Below, in pieces: positions 45,415-56,370 of a DNA stretch of 64,000 nt (position 1 is its first letter; the number at the start of each line of letters is the position of its first letter). The stretch comes from Porphyridium purpureum (lineage: Eukaryota): positions 124,001-188,000 of the forward strand of contig VRMN01000011.1 in assembly GCA_008690995.1 (NCBI GenBank), read 5' to 3'. The translations under genes and the position numbers were made by a program. Below the pieces are notes generated by a model that worked only from the letters and a program-made list of their open reading frames with translations, was not told where the DNA came from and searched no databases.

Positions 45415-47025
45415 ATGGATAGCGGCTTCGTCAGCAGTGCCCAATATGGGTTCAGGCGGCTACGAAGCTTTTTCCAGCATTTCTTGCCGGACGTGCAAGC
45501 TTACTTGCAGCTGCGCCGCGCTCGGCGGTTTGATCATCCGTCTGGTATGCCATTCGCGTCGGAGCTACGACTTGTACGCGTGCTATCGCCGCCCCATAAC
45601 GACCAAATACTTCGGCATCTGATGATGTCAGGAAACGCCAGCCTTGTCCGGGTGGGACAATCATCTTCAGGCCAGCCCATACTGAGCGTCATGTCAAACA
45701 CTTGCCTTGCGCATTATGAGTTCCAGGCTCTTGCCTTGGATGATGACCTGCGCATACTCAACGCGCTGTGCATAGTAGTTCGCAGCTCCGACGAGGAAAT
45801 TGAGCTTCTGGAGGTCGCCGAGATCTCGAACGCGTACGTGCTTGTCTCGCTGGTGACGTTTCACCGAACAAAAGCGCGAAAGGGGACGAGCCTGCTGCTG
45901 GACGGAATCAGTGGTCTCGAGGATTCGCGCCTGTTCGACCGAGTGAAGGGCGCGCTCACGCTCGAGGCGCACCCCACGGATCTGACGCCGGTGCCAGCGT
46001 CGCAACACCAGCTTGATCCTCGGATCTGTGCCGACTGGGACTTCTGGAGCGCTGAGCTACCTAGATGGGGTATTATGAAATGCATGACGCGGATTGAGAT
46101 TCTTTCGCATTTCGGGCTGGGCGATCACGAAAAGGCGGCCATCTGGTTTCTGGCAGACTACTTGTACCTACAACCTTTACGCGCTGGCACGTCATTAGGG
46201 CACCACCAACTACAGCAGCATTGTACACCGCAGCAGTTGCCGCAGTTCCAGCAATACCCAGCTGGATATCATGCAGTATCCACGCCATCTGCTGTTGAAT
46301 GGGGCCGAAGCACTGGCCATAATCGTCGCGACATGAGTCCAGGTGCTTCGCCATCGTACGCCTCGTCGTCAGATGCGCATGCCCGGCCACTCAAGCATCC
46401 GATAACTGCGAATCGGTCAGCCACTGATCCGAAAATGCAGGCGGCGGCGACCACTGAAGGCAGCCTCGGGCGGCCAAGTGCTTCAGCTTCGGCTTCGGTT
46501 GGCCCAGCAGTCGTTCCTGCTGGACAAGGGCAACACTCTTCTCTAGAAGAACATCGATCAGAGGAAGAAACGCCTCCCAGCACGAGGCCTGGCCACACTC
46601 GCACACGGCGCAAGCCTCGTTTCAAGTGCGCGGACTGCCCGGCTGTATTCTCTCGTAACAGTAACCTCGTGCGGCACGTGCAGGTATGTCACGAAAGCAT
46701 CCGGAGGCACGTATGTGACATCTGCGGATGGGCTTTCGCGCAGCGCAGTGATTTGAAGAAGCACGCCCTGAAAAAGCATCCTAATGATTATGATAAGATG
46801 TGTGGCGCGACCGGCATTGCGGCGAGCGAGCAAGGTCCGCTCAACACGGCCGATGCCGCAAATGGTGTGGTTGAAGCGGAAGCTTCCTTTTCTCAACCGA
46901 TCGCATCAAATAGTGAGCCTGGTCCGAGCGCTCCCACCTCGGCGTCCGGCCAGCAAGCCCCTGCAGTACCTGCATCCGCGTCGGAGGCACTCGACTCGGC
47001 AAGTGGGTCTCCGCGCGTGCCGTAG
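45415..47025 (+). CDS. C2H2 zinc-finger protein, tandem family copy 4
   Basis: Same architecture; C-terminus nearly identical to copy 3. Confidence 0.9.
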   Translation: MDSGFVSSAQYGFRRLRSFFQHFLPDVQAYLQLRRARRFDHPSGMPFASELRLVRVLSPPHNDQILRHLMMSGNASLVRVGQSSSGQPILSVMSNTCLAHYEFQALALDDDLRILNALCIVVRSSDEEIELLEVAEISNAYVLVSLVTFHRTKARKGTSLLLDGISGLEDSRLFDRVKGALTLEAHPTDLTPVPASQHQLDPRICADWDFWSAELPRWGIMKCMTRIEILSHFGLGDHEKAAIWFLADYLYLQPLRAGTSLGHHQLQQHCTPQQLPQFQQYPAGYHAVSTPSAVEWGRSTGHNRRDMSPGASPSYASSSDAHARPLKHPITANRSATDPKMQAAATTEGSLGRPSASASASVGPAVVPAGQGQHSSLEEHRSEEETPPSTRPGHTRTRRKPRFKCADCPAVFSRNSNLVRHVQVCHESIRRHVCDICGWAFAQRSDLKKHALKKHPNDYDKMCGATGIAASEQGPLNTADAANGVVEAEASFSQPIASNSEPGPSAPTSASGQQAPAVPASASEALDSASGSPRVP

Positions 47026-48480
47026 CAAGGTCGGGCGCTGGCCAAGAGCCGATCCGTGTGTGCAGCGTCTCTCCTCATGAGCACGTGAGAAGGAATCACT
47101 TCTGTTGGCAAGCGCGATCAAACTCTTTGGATGAGCAGCAGTTAGGAACTGCTTCCTACCGTGGTGAGACGCACGCGGGCAGGGGCCAGTTTGAAGTTGA
47201 AAACGAGGGCTGCGGGGCAAGTCGGATTCACGAGACGGAGGCGACGAGGGATAACCCTCACTTGATGAATGCCGAGGCTCTGTGCTGTTTATTTTTTCGC
47301 CAAATGAAGGGTGCATCCGAACGTTTGACGAAGGTTAGGACCTTCACCTAGGAGTGGAACATGGTAATTTTTTCAGCCCTCAAGGAATGGTCCGCCCGCG
47401 AAGCCACGGTGAACCGTCAGCCACAGCTGGCACTCTGGCACATGCCGAATGACCACTCGTGGCCGTTGGTGGCAAAGGCCTTTTCCGCCTTGACTGTGTC
47501 TTTCGCGTCTTCGGTGTCGAATACTGAGGTTGGACCATGCGCTCCCAACTCAGCCAGTGATCACAGGGCACCGTCCTGCACGTCCGCCCTTCAGCTGTGC
47601 GACTCGACGAACGGGTTTCTGCATCTTCCGCGGCGGGGGGTACTTCGTTGTGGGGCGGGAACCTTGCTACTCGCTGTGCAACACTTGCTCAGCATACAAA
47701 ACCTGCGCATCGTTTGGTTTGTGAGCCCACTCATGTTTTTCGCGGACGCCGGAGAGACGATGCCCTGCCGTTCCTTCTCCTATTCTTCTGAAGTGAACCA
47801 GGGCGATCATTCCAGCTTGAATGGAATACAGAGCGCGAAGCAAGAGACACAGAACAGGCTGCAGAGGAAACGATGAAAGGGCACATGTGTTCCACGGAAA
47901 TCAAGCTCTGCTGGATCGAGTCTCAGCAAGGAGGCGTGGTTCTTCATGTTTCGCCGATACGGCATTGTAATACATGAGAGTTTGGAAGACGTGTTTGAAG
48001 TCTATGAAGAAGTGAAGCTATGTTTGCACCTTTACGAGTCAGTAACTAGTCCCAGCACGCGAGAGAAAGCGAATTTTCGCGCAAAGCTCCTGCTTCCGAC
48101 ACATGCCGCACCAGGTGTCGTCATCATCCCCCGCTGGTCCAAGACAAACACACGCACTGGACACGAAGCTGTACCTTCGTGCCCAACTGAACAAAGACGG
48201 TCCACTCGGCCGCCTTACAGAGGCTGTTTACTTTTTGTAATGCAGTGCAATGTGATGCGGCATGACACGGGAGATCGTCATGGAACCCTAGCCACTCGAG
48301 CTGGATGTTTGTCTGCGAGGCGGTGGGCGTGGTGACCTAGCTGCGCGTGTGTGCGGAGAGAGAGAGAGATTATCTTGGCGATCGTGGACAGAAGACTTCC
48401 GCTCTCTTGTCCTGCTGTGCCTGCCTTTGACGTGAGATTTTCTGTGCGTGGTTGTCCTTTCCAGAGGCTGTGCAGCAAAG

Positions 48481-48903
48481 ATGGCGCCTGCCGTGAGCGC
48501 GTTTGTGAGTGGGCCGGCGGTCGCGGCGGCCCAACGGAATGTGGACGCCAGCGCGGCCGCACGGCTCTCTTTGTGCAGAGCAAGTAGAACGGGCGTTGTG
48601 ACGGCGACAAAACGCGCGGAGAGTCAGCGTCGCCGATGCCACGGCGCAGCGGGCGCGAGGACACTGCGAATGGATTTGGAGGCAGGGGCCAAAGTCAAGG
48701 TCGTTGCTGATGTGACCCTGTATTCGGTGCCTGGGTCGCAAGGTGTGGCCGTGAACGTCAAGGACAAGGAAGGCGTGGTGGTCAAGCTGCTCAAGGAGAA
48801 AGACGGCGTCGAGCTCTCCGCTAATAGGCCCGTGCAGGTGCAGTTTACCGAGCCGAGAAAATTTATCGCGCATTTCGAGGAGCGCGAGTTGGAAACGCTC
48901 TAG
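48481..48903 (+). CDS. ftrV: Ferredoxin-thioredoxin reductase variable subunit
   Basis: Transit peptide; [22 protein letters not shown] and [12 protein letters not shown]. Confidence 0.9.
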   Translation: MAPAVSAFVSGPAVAAAQRNVDASAAARLSLCRASRTGVVTATKRAESQRRRCHGAAGARTLRMDLEAGAKVKVVADVTLYSVPGSQGVAVNVKDKEGVVVKLLKEKDGVELSANRPVQVQFTEPRKFIAHFEERELETL

Positions 48904-49097
48904 CTCTCCTGGGTCGGCCTGATGTGGCGGTGCTCGTGCGCGATATCCCACGCCTCTCGATTCACTTGCCTGACTAGGCGCCACTTCGTAGATTGTTTTC
49001 GCAGATATTAAATTGCCCTTCGACGACGAGATCAAGCCTGGGGATCTTCGGAAACGATTCCACCTGAGCGCGAGAGCAAACGCCGACGAGAGGAAGT

Positions 49098-50057
49098 ATG
49101 GGGACAGTAGCCTTTCTGGTAAATTTTGTAGGGTCCGGCCGCGAGACCCGCGTGCCGCGACTCGCGGCCGGGGGCGTGCGCTCCTGTGCGGCACGCCGCG
49201 CGGTGGCGATTCGCCGATGCCACGCTTTTGAGCTGCACGCTTCGGCGGCGTCGGCCGGGACGATTGAAACGTCGAGCGTGCGTGAGAAGGAGCTTCCATA
49301 CGAGCGCAGCATCGCTGGAGAGGAGTTTGAGCTGCTGTTTATGCCATTCGTCTTGCACCAAAATAAGGTGATGCGCGATACGTTTCAGGTGAGCGACCTC
49401 CCGTTTGATGACGAGCTCGCATTCCAGTCGAGCACCAAGAAGGCGGCCCGCATTGAGAGCTGGTGCTACAAGACTCCAGAGTTTCGCAAAATCCGCTCTA
49501 CTTATATTGACGCGGGTATCCAGGCACAGGTGTTCAATTCTGTGTGGTACCCAGACCCAAAGTATGACCTGCCGTTGCTTGGGATTGACTTTTTGTCGTT
49601 CGGCAAGAAGAAGGTGATCTGCATCATGGATTTCCAGCCGCTGACGCAGGACGCAGCTTATCTGGAAAAGTATATCTCGCCGCTGGCGCCCGTCAAAGCA
49701 AAGTACAAGTCGCTGGCAGGGGAAATGAGCGCCAAATTCTACGACGAAAATGTCTTTTTCTCGAAGCAGCTGGCTTTCGGACGCTTTGACAATGCAGGTC
49801 CAGTCATGGAAGAACTCTTTCCGGCCTTCAAGGAATACCTTGACGTCTATTTTGAGCATATGCAGAGTGCGACGCCCACTTCTGACCCAGAACAAATTGC
49901 GCTCAACTTGCAGCGCCAGAAGGATTATGACCAGTATTCGGCCGAGCGTGACCCGGCGATCGGGCTCTTTTCGACATACTTTGGCCCTGAATGGGCCGAA
50001 AAGTTCACGCATGAGTTCCTGTTCGAGCACAGCGTCCCCGTGCCACCGAAAAAGTAG
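49098..50057 (+). CDS. pebA: 15,16-dihydrobiliverdin:ferredoxin oxidoreductase
   Basis: IESWCY, RKIRSTYIDAG..AQVFNSV.YP, PLLGIDFLSFG, DFQPL and YDQYSAERDPA.GLF. Confidence 0.92.
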   Translation: MGTVAFLVNFVGSGRETRVPRLAAGGVRSCAARRAVAIRRCHAFELHASAASAGTIETSSVREKELPYERSIAGEEFELLFMPFVLHQNKVMRDTFQVSDLPFDDELAFQSSTKKAARIESWCYKTPEFRKIRSTYIDAGIQAQVFNSVWYPDPKYDLPLLGIDFLSFGKKKVICIMDFQPLTQDAAYLEKYISPLAPVKAKYKSLAGEMSAKFYDENVFFSKQLAFGRFDNAGPVMEELFPAFKEYLDVYFEHMQSATPTSDPEQIALNLQRQKDYDQYSAERDPAIGLFSTYFGPEWAEKFTHEFLFEHSVPVPPKK

Positions 50058-50507
50058 ACCGCTTTTGAGCTGGCTCGCCCTCGTTCTGAGCAAATAATCA
50101 AATCACCACTTTCTTGTTTGTCTGCAAATTCTCAGTGTCGGCATTCCTCGTCAAATCGTGTGAGCCATGCCATGAGATCCAGCTGGATTCGCTTCATCTC
50201 TGGCTCGCATGTCCCGATGCTTGGCAGACCGGCTCTATGTAATCTTGACGTTCACAGACCTTCTCGTCTACGCGTGCGCCTCTGACCTGGTGATTTGTTT
50301 ACAGGGCATCGGCATGCGCAGGTCTTTCGACACCGTCCATCAGTGAGCGACGCGCGCTTGTGCGTCACGTTCCTTCTGCAAACGAGGCCAATTTTACTAT
50401 ATTTCCTTCATCAGGTGACAAGGCGACGTCGGGGCACAGTCACGTGGTGAAGCGAAAGGGATTGTGGCGGTCGGGCAGCACGTGACGGTTATTTCGTCCA
50501 TCCACTC

Positions 50508-50951
50508 ATGGCGTTTGCGCCTTCGTTGCGACTGCACGTGTCGGCTTGGTTCGTGGGGAGCGCTCCGTTTCGATCCAGAGCGAGTGTTGCGGCAAAAGCT
50601 GCGCCGCAATTCGCGACAGTGAGGAGCAACCGCGCGATCGGGCAATCTCTCAGACTCATGATGAGCGCTTCCGGGCAGCAGGATGGCTCGGGAGGAGACT
50701 CGCTCGTCAGTGTGGTGGAGAAAAAAATCCGCGCGTCGCTCGAACCGGTCGCGTTGGAGGTGACACCTACTTTTGGCGATCCGAATGGGAGCCACGTCAC
50801 GATCTCTGTGGTCTCCAGCAAATTTGATGGTCTTCGTATGATGCCGCGCCATCAAATGGTGTACAAGGCCATTTTCGATGAGCTCCAAAGCGGCGCGATC
50901 CATGCCGTGGACAGCATCGACGCCAAGACCCCGGCCGAGGCGGGAATGTAA
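50508..50951 (+). CDS. Plastid BolA-family protein
   Basis: MAF transit peptide; GDPNGSHVTISVVS.KF.G...RHQMVYKAI..EL..IHAVD..KTP.E (BolA4-like). Confidence 0.9.
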   Translation: MAFAPSLRLHVSAWFVGSAPFRSRASVAAKAAPQFATVRSNRAIGQSLRLMMSASGQQDGSGGDSLVSVVEKKIRASLEPVALEVTPTFGDPNGSHVTISVVSSKFDGLRMMPRHQMVYKAIFDELQSGAIHAVDSIDAKTPAEAGM

Positions 50952-52572
50952 GGGATTGCTCATGCGGACCCATCTCATGTTACCCACGACAAGGACCGCT
51001 GGTCTTCTTTTTCTCATATCACCAGCTGTGCGATATAATGGTGTATTCCTGTCAGACAGATCGTATCGACAGAAAAGGGCATGCACGGATATTATTTGTC
51101 GGGAACGCTTGAACCGTTTGAGACTTCGAGCAGCCAGCATGTAAACCCCGCTGCAGCAACATGAAAGCTTTATTTTGTTGGTTTGCATGTAGGGTGGGAG
51201 TCGGTGCTTCTGCATGTCACGGTCGGATGTTTGGTTGTGCGACCTATTCCGTAAAGATTGCTCTGTCCACTATGCCAATGCTTCCTCGTCGGAATTCGGT
51301 GTGCTGCGCGGGGGCTTCATCCTTTCGGGGTACAGCCTATCACCACATCACTGTACTCACACATGGAAACACCACAGATCGCGGGCCCACCATAATAAAA
51401 TAGCCCTATTTTACCATACCTATTTCACAATTTGCGTATGCATGTTTTATGAGAAATCGCACCTCCATTGTTTATGTTGGCGAGGTCTCGGTTCAAACGG
51501 CGAGCGCCCTGTAGCAGTCGCAAGGGGGAGGCCCGCGCCGATAGTGTGCACACGCGGGATCGCAGACAAACGCCGCGTTCCAAAACGATCCGAGTGGAAG
51601 GCGGTCGCGAGTAACAAGGCACGCGCTGCACTGTGTGGTACGGACCACGGACGGCTGCCGCACGACGTGACAACAGCGGCCACGCCAGGCTCAACTGGTT
51701 CGAGCGCCGACATGCGTCGCTCTGTCCAAGCGTTCACACAGCTAAGCGTCAAAACGCTCTGATAAACCGATAACAATAATGAGCAAATCCGACCACAATT
51801 GATAGGAAAATATGTTCAGATGAGGCTTTCTTATTTACCTGTGGCGCTTTCCATGTCAGAACAGCTCCAGTTTAGTATGAAAGACTTCTAGCACTCGACG
51901 CTCCCAACCTTTCAAATGACATAGTAAAACAGCATAACTTTATCTTTAAATTCTCGCACGCTTGATGATGACAAGCGCACGAACCCGGATGACAGAACCC
52001 TTCTCAGATGACCGAACCCCAGCAACACGACGCACACAGCACAGAGAACACAACCACACGACGCACACAACACAGACGACGAATACCCGGGGCGTGGAAA
52101 ATCCAACGTATAGGGCCTCTACTATTGCCTTTCGCGTCGGCACAGACAGCACCGGTCTCGACAGGGGCAGGGTGTCGTAACGGACAAAGCCGCCGTCTGC
52201 CTTCAGTGCTCCAAGAGCACCGAAACCCCCCAGACACGATGTGCTGCTGGCTCTGCTACACAGGCTCAGCAAAAGGCCCTACGCCTTCCGACGACCACGC
52301 CCAGGCACCCGACACCAAAGAACAACTCTTCCTTTATTCTCTGTGTCCTACTCCCTTGCCTCTACTTCTTCCGCTCTCAAGAAATCCGGGGAACCGCACG
52401 GGCCCGCGCCCATTATATACCCCGCCGTCCTTGCTGTCCTTGACGCGGAAGGGAGAAATTATTTCTCCCAAAGGCTGGGCTTTCCTCCGTTCGTTCCACA
52501 GAACGAAGCCACAGCCAGCCACGTCAGCAAGCGGCTCAATGGGTGCTGGCCGGCCGCTAAGCGGCTCCTGCT

Positions 52573-52852
52573 TGTTACCAATGCTGTGCGTCTTTGCCTG
52601 CTTCTCTCTCCGAGCAAGACCTGACCGGCTAGTCCGGGCAGGCGCGTCGCCTTTTTATACCCTTACTTCCGTCAGGGACAGCAAGGCGCCAAGAAAAATG
52701 ACAATGCAAACCATTGGCATTTCTGCGCGCGTCTAGAAGGTTCTGGAACCTCTAGAAGCTTCTAGAAACGGTTAAACGGCCTACCGGTTTAACGGCTTAC
52801 CGGTTTCGGATTAACTGAACCGTTCTAGGTGACTGGGGTCGAACGGATAACA
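52573..52852 (-). repeat. 3' LTR (280 bp)
   Basis: tgttacca...ggataaca; direct repeat of 57724-58020. Confidence 0.95.
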
Positions 52853-52866
52853 TCTCCCCCCCTCTT
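52853..52866 (-). other. Polypurine tract
   Basis: Pure purine run (AAGAG...GGAGA) on the element strand abutting the 3' LTR. Confidence 0.9.
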
Positions 52867-52971
52867 GGCTCGACGTCTCGGCGAGACTCCAAACTAAGTT
52901 GCATTCTTGGCTCGAGGAACCCGCGCTCCGGGAGAAAACCTCTGCCTAGCAAACTTCTCACAATTCCCAAG

Positions 52972-55900
52972 TCATTCAGAGTCAGACTCTTCGATAATTT
53001 TCAACAAGTCTGGCTCAGAATCGGACGCCGGCATTTCGTCGGGTACTTCTTCATCATTTTCCCCTGCCATGTAGTCTTCGCGTCCATAGTATGGCTTCAG
53101 ATGTTGGATCGGAAAAACATCATGACAAGCCACACCCTCGGGCAAAACCACTCGGTAAGCATGCGAGCTTACCTTCTCAATGACAGGCACCGGACCAAGA
53201 AACTTTGGTGCCGCCAAATCACTCTTGTTCGGCCGCAGTTGCGGCGCCGTGACCAACACTTGATCACCAACTTGAAACTCCCGGGCATCCTTGCGTCGAT
53301 CGAAGAACTTCTGCATTCTCCCCTGGGCTTCGATCAAATTGTCGCGGACTTCTTCATGGACTTTGCACAGGCGAAACCAGTGCTCCGCCATGTCCTTCGT
53401 CTGTCCGTCACGCGCAGGCGTCCACCCTTCACTCGGTGGAAACCAAGGATCCCTTCCATATACCACTTTGAACGGCGCGAATCCAGTGGCACTGCTTGGT
53501 GCAGAGTTGTACGCAAACTCGTACAACGGCAAGTCTCGCACCCAGCCACTATTCGTCGCCATCAACTTGAGCATTTCCCGAATCACGCGGTTCACTCGCT
53601 CAGTTTGGCCATCAGTCTGCGGGTGGTTGGCGGTAGACATTGCCAACTTCATGCCCACCCGCTTGCTCAGCTGCTGCCAAAACGTGGACGTAAACAGCGG
53701 ATCTCGGTCCGACACAATTGACTTGGGGTATCCGAAACGGCTCACGACGTGCTTCACGAACAAGTCAGCACAACGTTTTGCTGTCAAGTCCTTGCGCGTC
53801 GGGATGAACAGCGCCATCTTCGAATAGCGATCCACCACAGTCATGATTGCATCACAGCTGCCTTCGCTTCGAGGCAGCTCTGTCACAAAGTCCATCGAGA
53901 TGTCGACCCAAGGTCCTTCTGGGATCGACAAGGGCTTCAGCTTTCCAAACGACCGAATCTCTGACTTTGTCACTTGGCACGCGTGACAAGTCTTCACAAA
54001 ACGGCTCACGTCTCGCTTCATCTTTGGCCAGTAGAAGCGAGTTATCAAAGATGCATACGTCGTGTCCGCTCCACGGTGCCCTGCTGTCGGGATATCGTGG
54101 TGGAGCTGCATGACACGCTCTCTGAACTTCCTCGGCACGCAAACGCGATTCCTCAAGTACAAGAGCCCAGCTTCGGTTCGAAAACCTTGGTGGGTCGGTA
54201 AATCCCCCATCAAAGTACCAAAGTCCGGGTCACTCGAGTACGAACCCACGAATGCCTGGAAACCCGCACCAAATTCATCACACCGAACTTGGTACTCTAG
54301 CGCGTGCAGCTCTGGCTTCCTCGACAAAGCATCGGCTACCACGTTCGACTTTCCCTTCACATAGTCGATTGTGATATCAAACTCGGCCAAAAAGTCCAAC
54401 CACCGTGCTTGCCGGCCATTCAGCTCCTTCTGCGTCATCAGATGTTTCAACGCCTCATGATCTGTATGCAGCACAAACTTTGCCCCGTACAGATAAGGTC
54501 GAAACTCTCGCAGACAGTGAATGACGGCCATGAGCTCACCTTCATAGCTGCTGTACCTGGTCTCTCGGTCCAGCAGCTTCCTTGACGTAAACGCGACCGG
54601 TCTGCCTTCCTGTGCCAGCCATCCCCCCACCGCGACTTCGGAGCGGTCTGTGTACACCTCGAATGGCTTTTCAGGGTCTGGCAAGGCCAACACCGGCGCT
54701 TCCGTCAACATCCCCACAATCTTCTTGAAGGCCGACTTGCCTTCATCTCCCAGTTCGATCAGCTGCTTCTTCGACTTTGCGTGCTGCAACAGCGAAGTCA
54801 GCGGCGCCACCACGGTAGAGTATCCTTTGACAAACCTGCGAAACCAGTTTGTCATTCCCAAAAAGGATCTCAACTCCGTCACCGTCTTTGGCACTGGCCA
54901 ATCTCTCAAAGCTTCCACCTTCCGTGGATCCATCTTCACGCAACCGTTTCCCACAATGTTCCCCAGGTATTCGACTTCAGAAACGAAGAAGCTGCACTTC
55001 TTGCGCTTCAACCGATACCCCGCCTTTTGCAAGCGCGACAACACTTCCTTCAGGACCTCGCCGTGCGACTGCCTATCCTTGGTAAAGACCAAAATATCGT
55101 CCAAGTAGACAATGACGGTCTTGTCCAGCAGATCTGCAAACAGCTCGTTCATGGCCCTCTGAAAAGTTGCCGGCGCGTTGCAAAGACCAAACGGCATCAC
55201 ACGGAACTCGAACTGTCCGTACCTGGTCTGGAACGCGGTCTTCGGCACGTCCTCTCCCCGAACACGCAACTGGTGGTATCCCGATGCCAAATCCAACTTT
55301 GAAAAACAATGAGCTGCACCCAGTCGATCCAGCAACTCATCCATGTTCGGCAACGGATACCGGTCCTTCACAGTTGCGTCGTTCAACGCCCGATAATCAA
55401 CGCACATCCTCATGCTGCCGTCTTTCTTCTTCACGAACAGCACGGGTGCTCCAAACGGGCTCTGACTCGGCTGGACGAATCCTTTGTCCAGCAAGTCATC
55501 CAAAGTCTCTCGGAGGACTTTCAACTCCGCAGGGCTCAGTCGGTAGACCCTGCCCACTCTCACAGGCTTCTCATCTTTCAGCCTAATCACATGCTCCACT
55601 GTTCGGCTCTCAGGCAGCCCTCGCGGCTCCTCGAACAGATTTTCGAAATCATTGAGCATCTTCTTCACAGAGTCAGCTTCTTTGCGCTCCACTGAACAGG
55701 GCTCCTCCCTTCCTTTCAGCACGCCGAGGTAGCACTCTTCTACCTCCTGACTCTTCAACAGCCGACGGAGCTCTTTCCGCGGCACCAGCATCTGCGTCAT
55801 GCTCCAGGCCTTCTTCTCTCCGTAGGCCAACATGCCAGACTGCCAATCAATCACTGGGTTCTCCCGCTTCAGCCACTCCATGCCCAAGATTGCGTCTTGT

Positions 55901-56370
55901 CCCGCAATCCGGCAAATGGCAAAGTTAGCGGCTCCTGAGTACCCATCACTCAGTTCAAACTTGACATTGGAAACTTCTCCGGCTGTTTCCAATACAGACC
56001 CATCCGCTAGGGTCACATGATCTCTCTTCCACGACGCCTTCTGCTTCAGGCCGTCGGATTTCAGCACAAAGTCCACGCTCATGAAGTTGTCCGTCGCGCC
56101 GCTGTCAATCAAAAACGTGGCCTCTCCATCGGACTTGTGCACTTTTCCTCGAACTCGAAGAAGCATGGCAGCTCCCATCCCTCCAAGTTCCTTGATCACG
56201 GGCTGATTTGCGCTCGAGTTTCGCCCACAAGGTTTCGGACAGCCAGACCTTGGCTTACCAAGGCCACCACAGCGGTCTTCATTGCCGCCCCTAGAGATCT
56301 CGTAACGTCTGCGAGCCTCCTTTCCCTCTGACTGTCCGAGGAACCTCTCTACTCGAGCTCCTCGTTTTTT
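52972..56370 (-). CDS. pol: Pol (protease, RT, RNase H, integrase), reached by -1 frameshift from gag
   Basis: LIDSGAT, MPFGL.NAPATFQ, YLDD, TDH..L, H..H/C..C zinc finger, SDRDP.F, PQTDGQTER, GPY/F-like tail; no chromodomain. Confidence 0.95.
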   Translation of the reverse strand, partial: KKRGARVERFLGQSEGKEARRRYEISRGGNEDRCGGLGKPRSGCPKPCGRNSSANQPVIKELGGMGAAMLLRVRGKVHKSDGEATFLIDSGATDNFMSVDFVLKSDGLKQKASWKRDHVTLADGSVLETAGEVSNVKFELSDGYSGAANFAICRIAGQDAILGMEWLKRENPVIDWQSGMLAYGEKKAWSMTQMLVPRKELRRLLKSQEVEECYLGVLKGREEPCSVERKEADSVKKMLNDFENLFEEPRGLPESRTVEHVIRLKDEKPVRVGRVYRLSPAELKVLRETLDDLLDKGFVQPSQSPFGAPVLFVKKKDGSMRMCVDYRALNDATVKDRYPLPNMDELLDRLGAAHCFSKLDLASGYHQLRVRGEDVPKTAFQTRYGQFEFRVMPFGLCNAPATFQRAMNELFADLLDKTVIVYLDDILVFTKDRQSHGEVLKEVLSRLQKAGYRLKRKKCSFFVSEVEYLGNIVGNGCVKMDPRKVEALRDWPVPKTVTELRSFLGMTNWFRRFVKGYSTVVAPLTSLLQHAKSKKQLIELGDEGKSAFKKIVGMLTEAPVLALPDPEKPFEVYTDRSEVAVGGWLAQEGRPVAFTSRKLLDRETRYSSYEGELMAVIHCLREFRPYLYGAKFVLHTDHEALKHLMTQKELNGRQARWLDFLAEFDITIDYVKGKSNVVADALSRKPELHALEYQVRCDEFGAGFQAFVGSYSSDPDFGTLMGDLPTHQGFRTEAGLLYLRNRVCVPRKFRERVMQLHHDIPTAGHRGADTTYASLITRFYWPKMKRDVSRFVKTCHACQVTKSEIRSFGKLKPLSIPEGPWVDISMDFVTELPRSEGSCDAIMTVVDRYSKMALFIPTRKDLTAKRCADLFVKHVVSRFGYPKSIVSDRDPLFTSTFWQQLSKRVGMKLAMSTANHPQTDGQTERVNRVIREMLKLMATNSGWVRDLPLYEFAYNSAPSSATGFAPFKVVYGRDPWFPPSEGWTPARDGQTKDMAEHWFRLCKVHEEVRDNLIEAQGRMQKFFDRRKDAREFQVGDQVLVTAPQLRPNKSDLAAPKFLGPVPVIEKVSSHAYRVVLPEGVACHDVFPIQHLKPYYGREDYMAGENDEEVPDEMPASDSEPDLLKIIEESDSE

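Noticed and set aside
49032..50093. 353-aa antisense ORF over pebA (similarly 8453-9544 and 26812-27489)
   Set aside because: Shadow ORFs from codon bias in GC-rich coding DNA; no motifs
52731..52830. Palindromic cluster (TCTAGAAGCTTCTAGA etc.) as vector polylinker contamination or CRISPR-like repeat
   Set aside because: Present identically in both LTRs as part of U3; no spacers or vector context
54630..54660. RNase H motif reads TDRS rather than TDAS
   Set aside because: Catalytic Asp is retained; a single substitution is not evidence of inactivation
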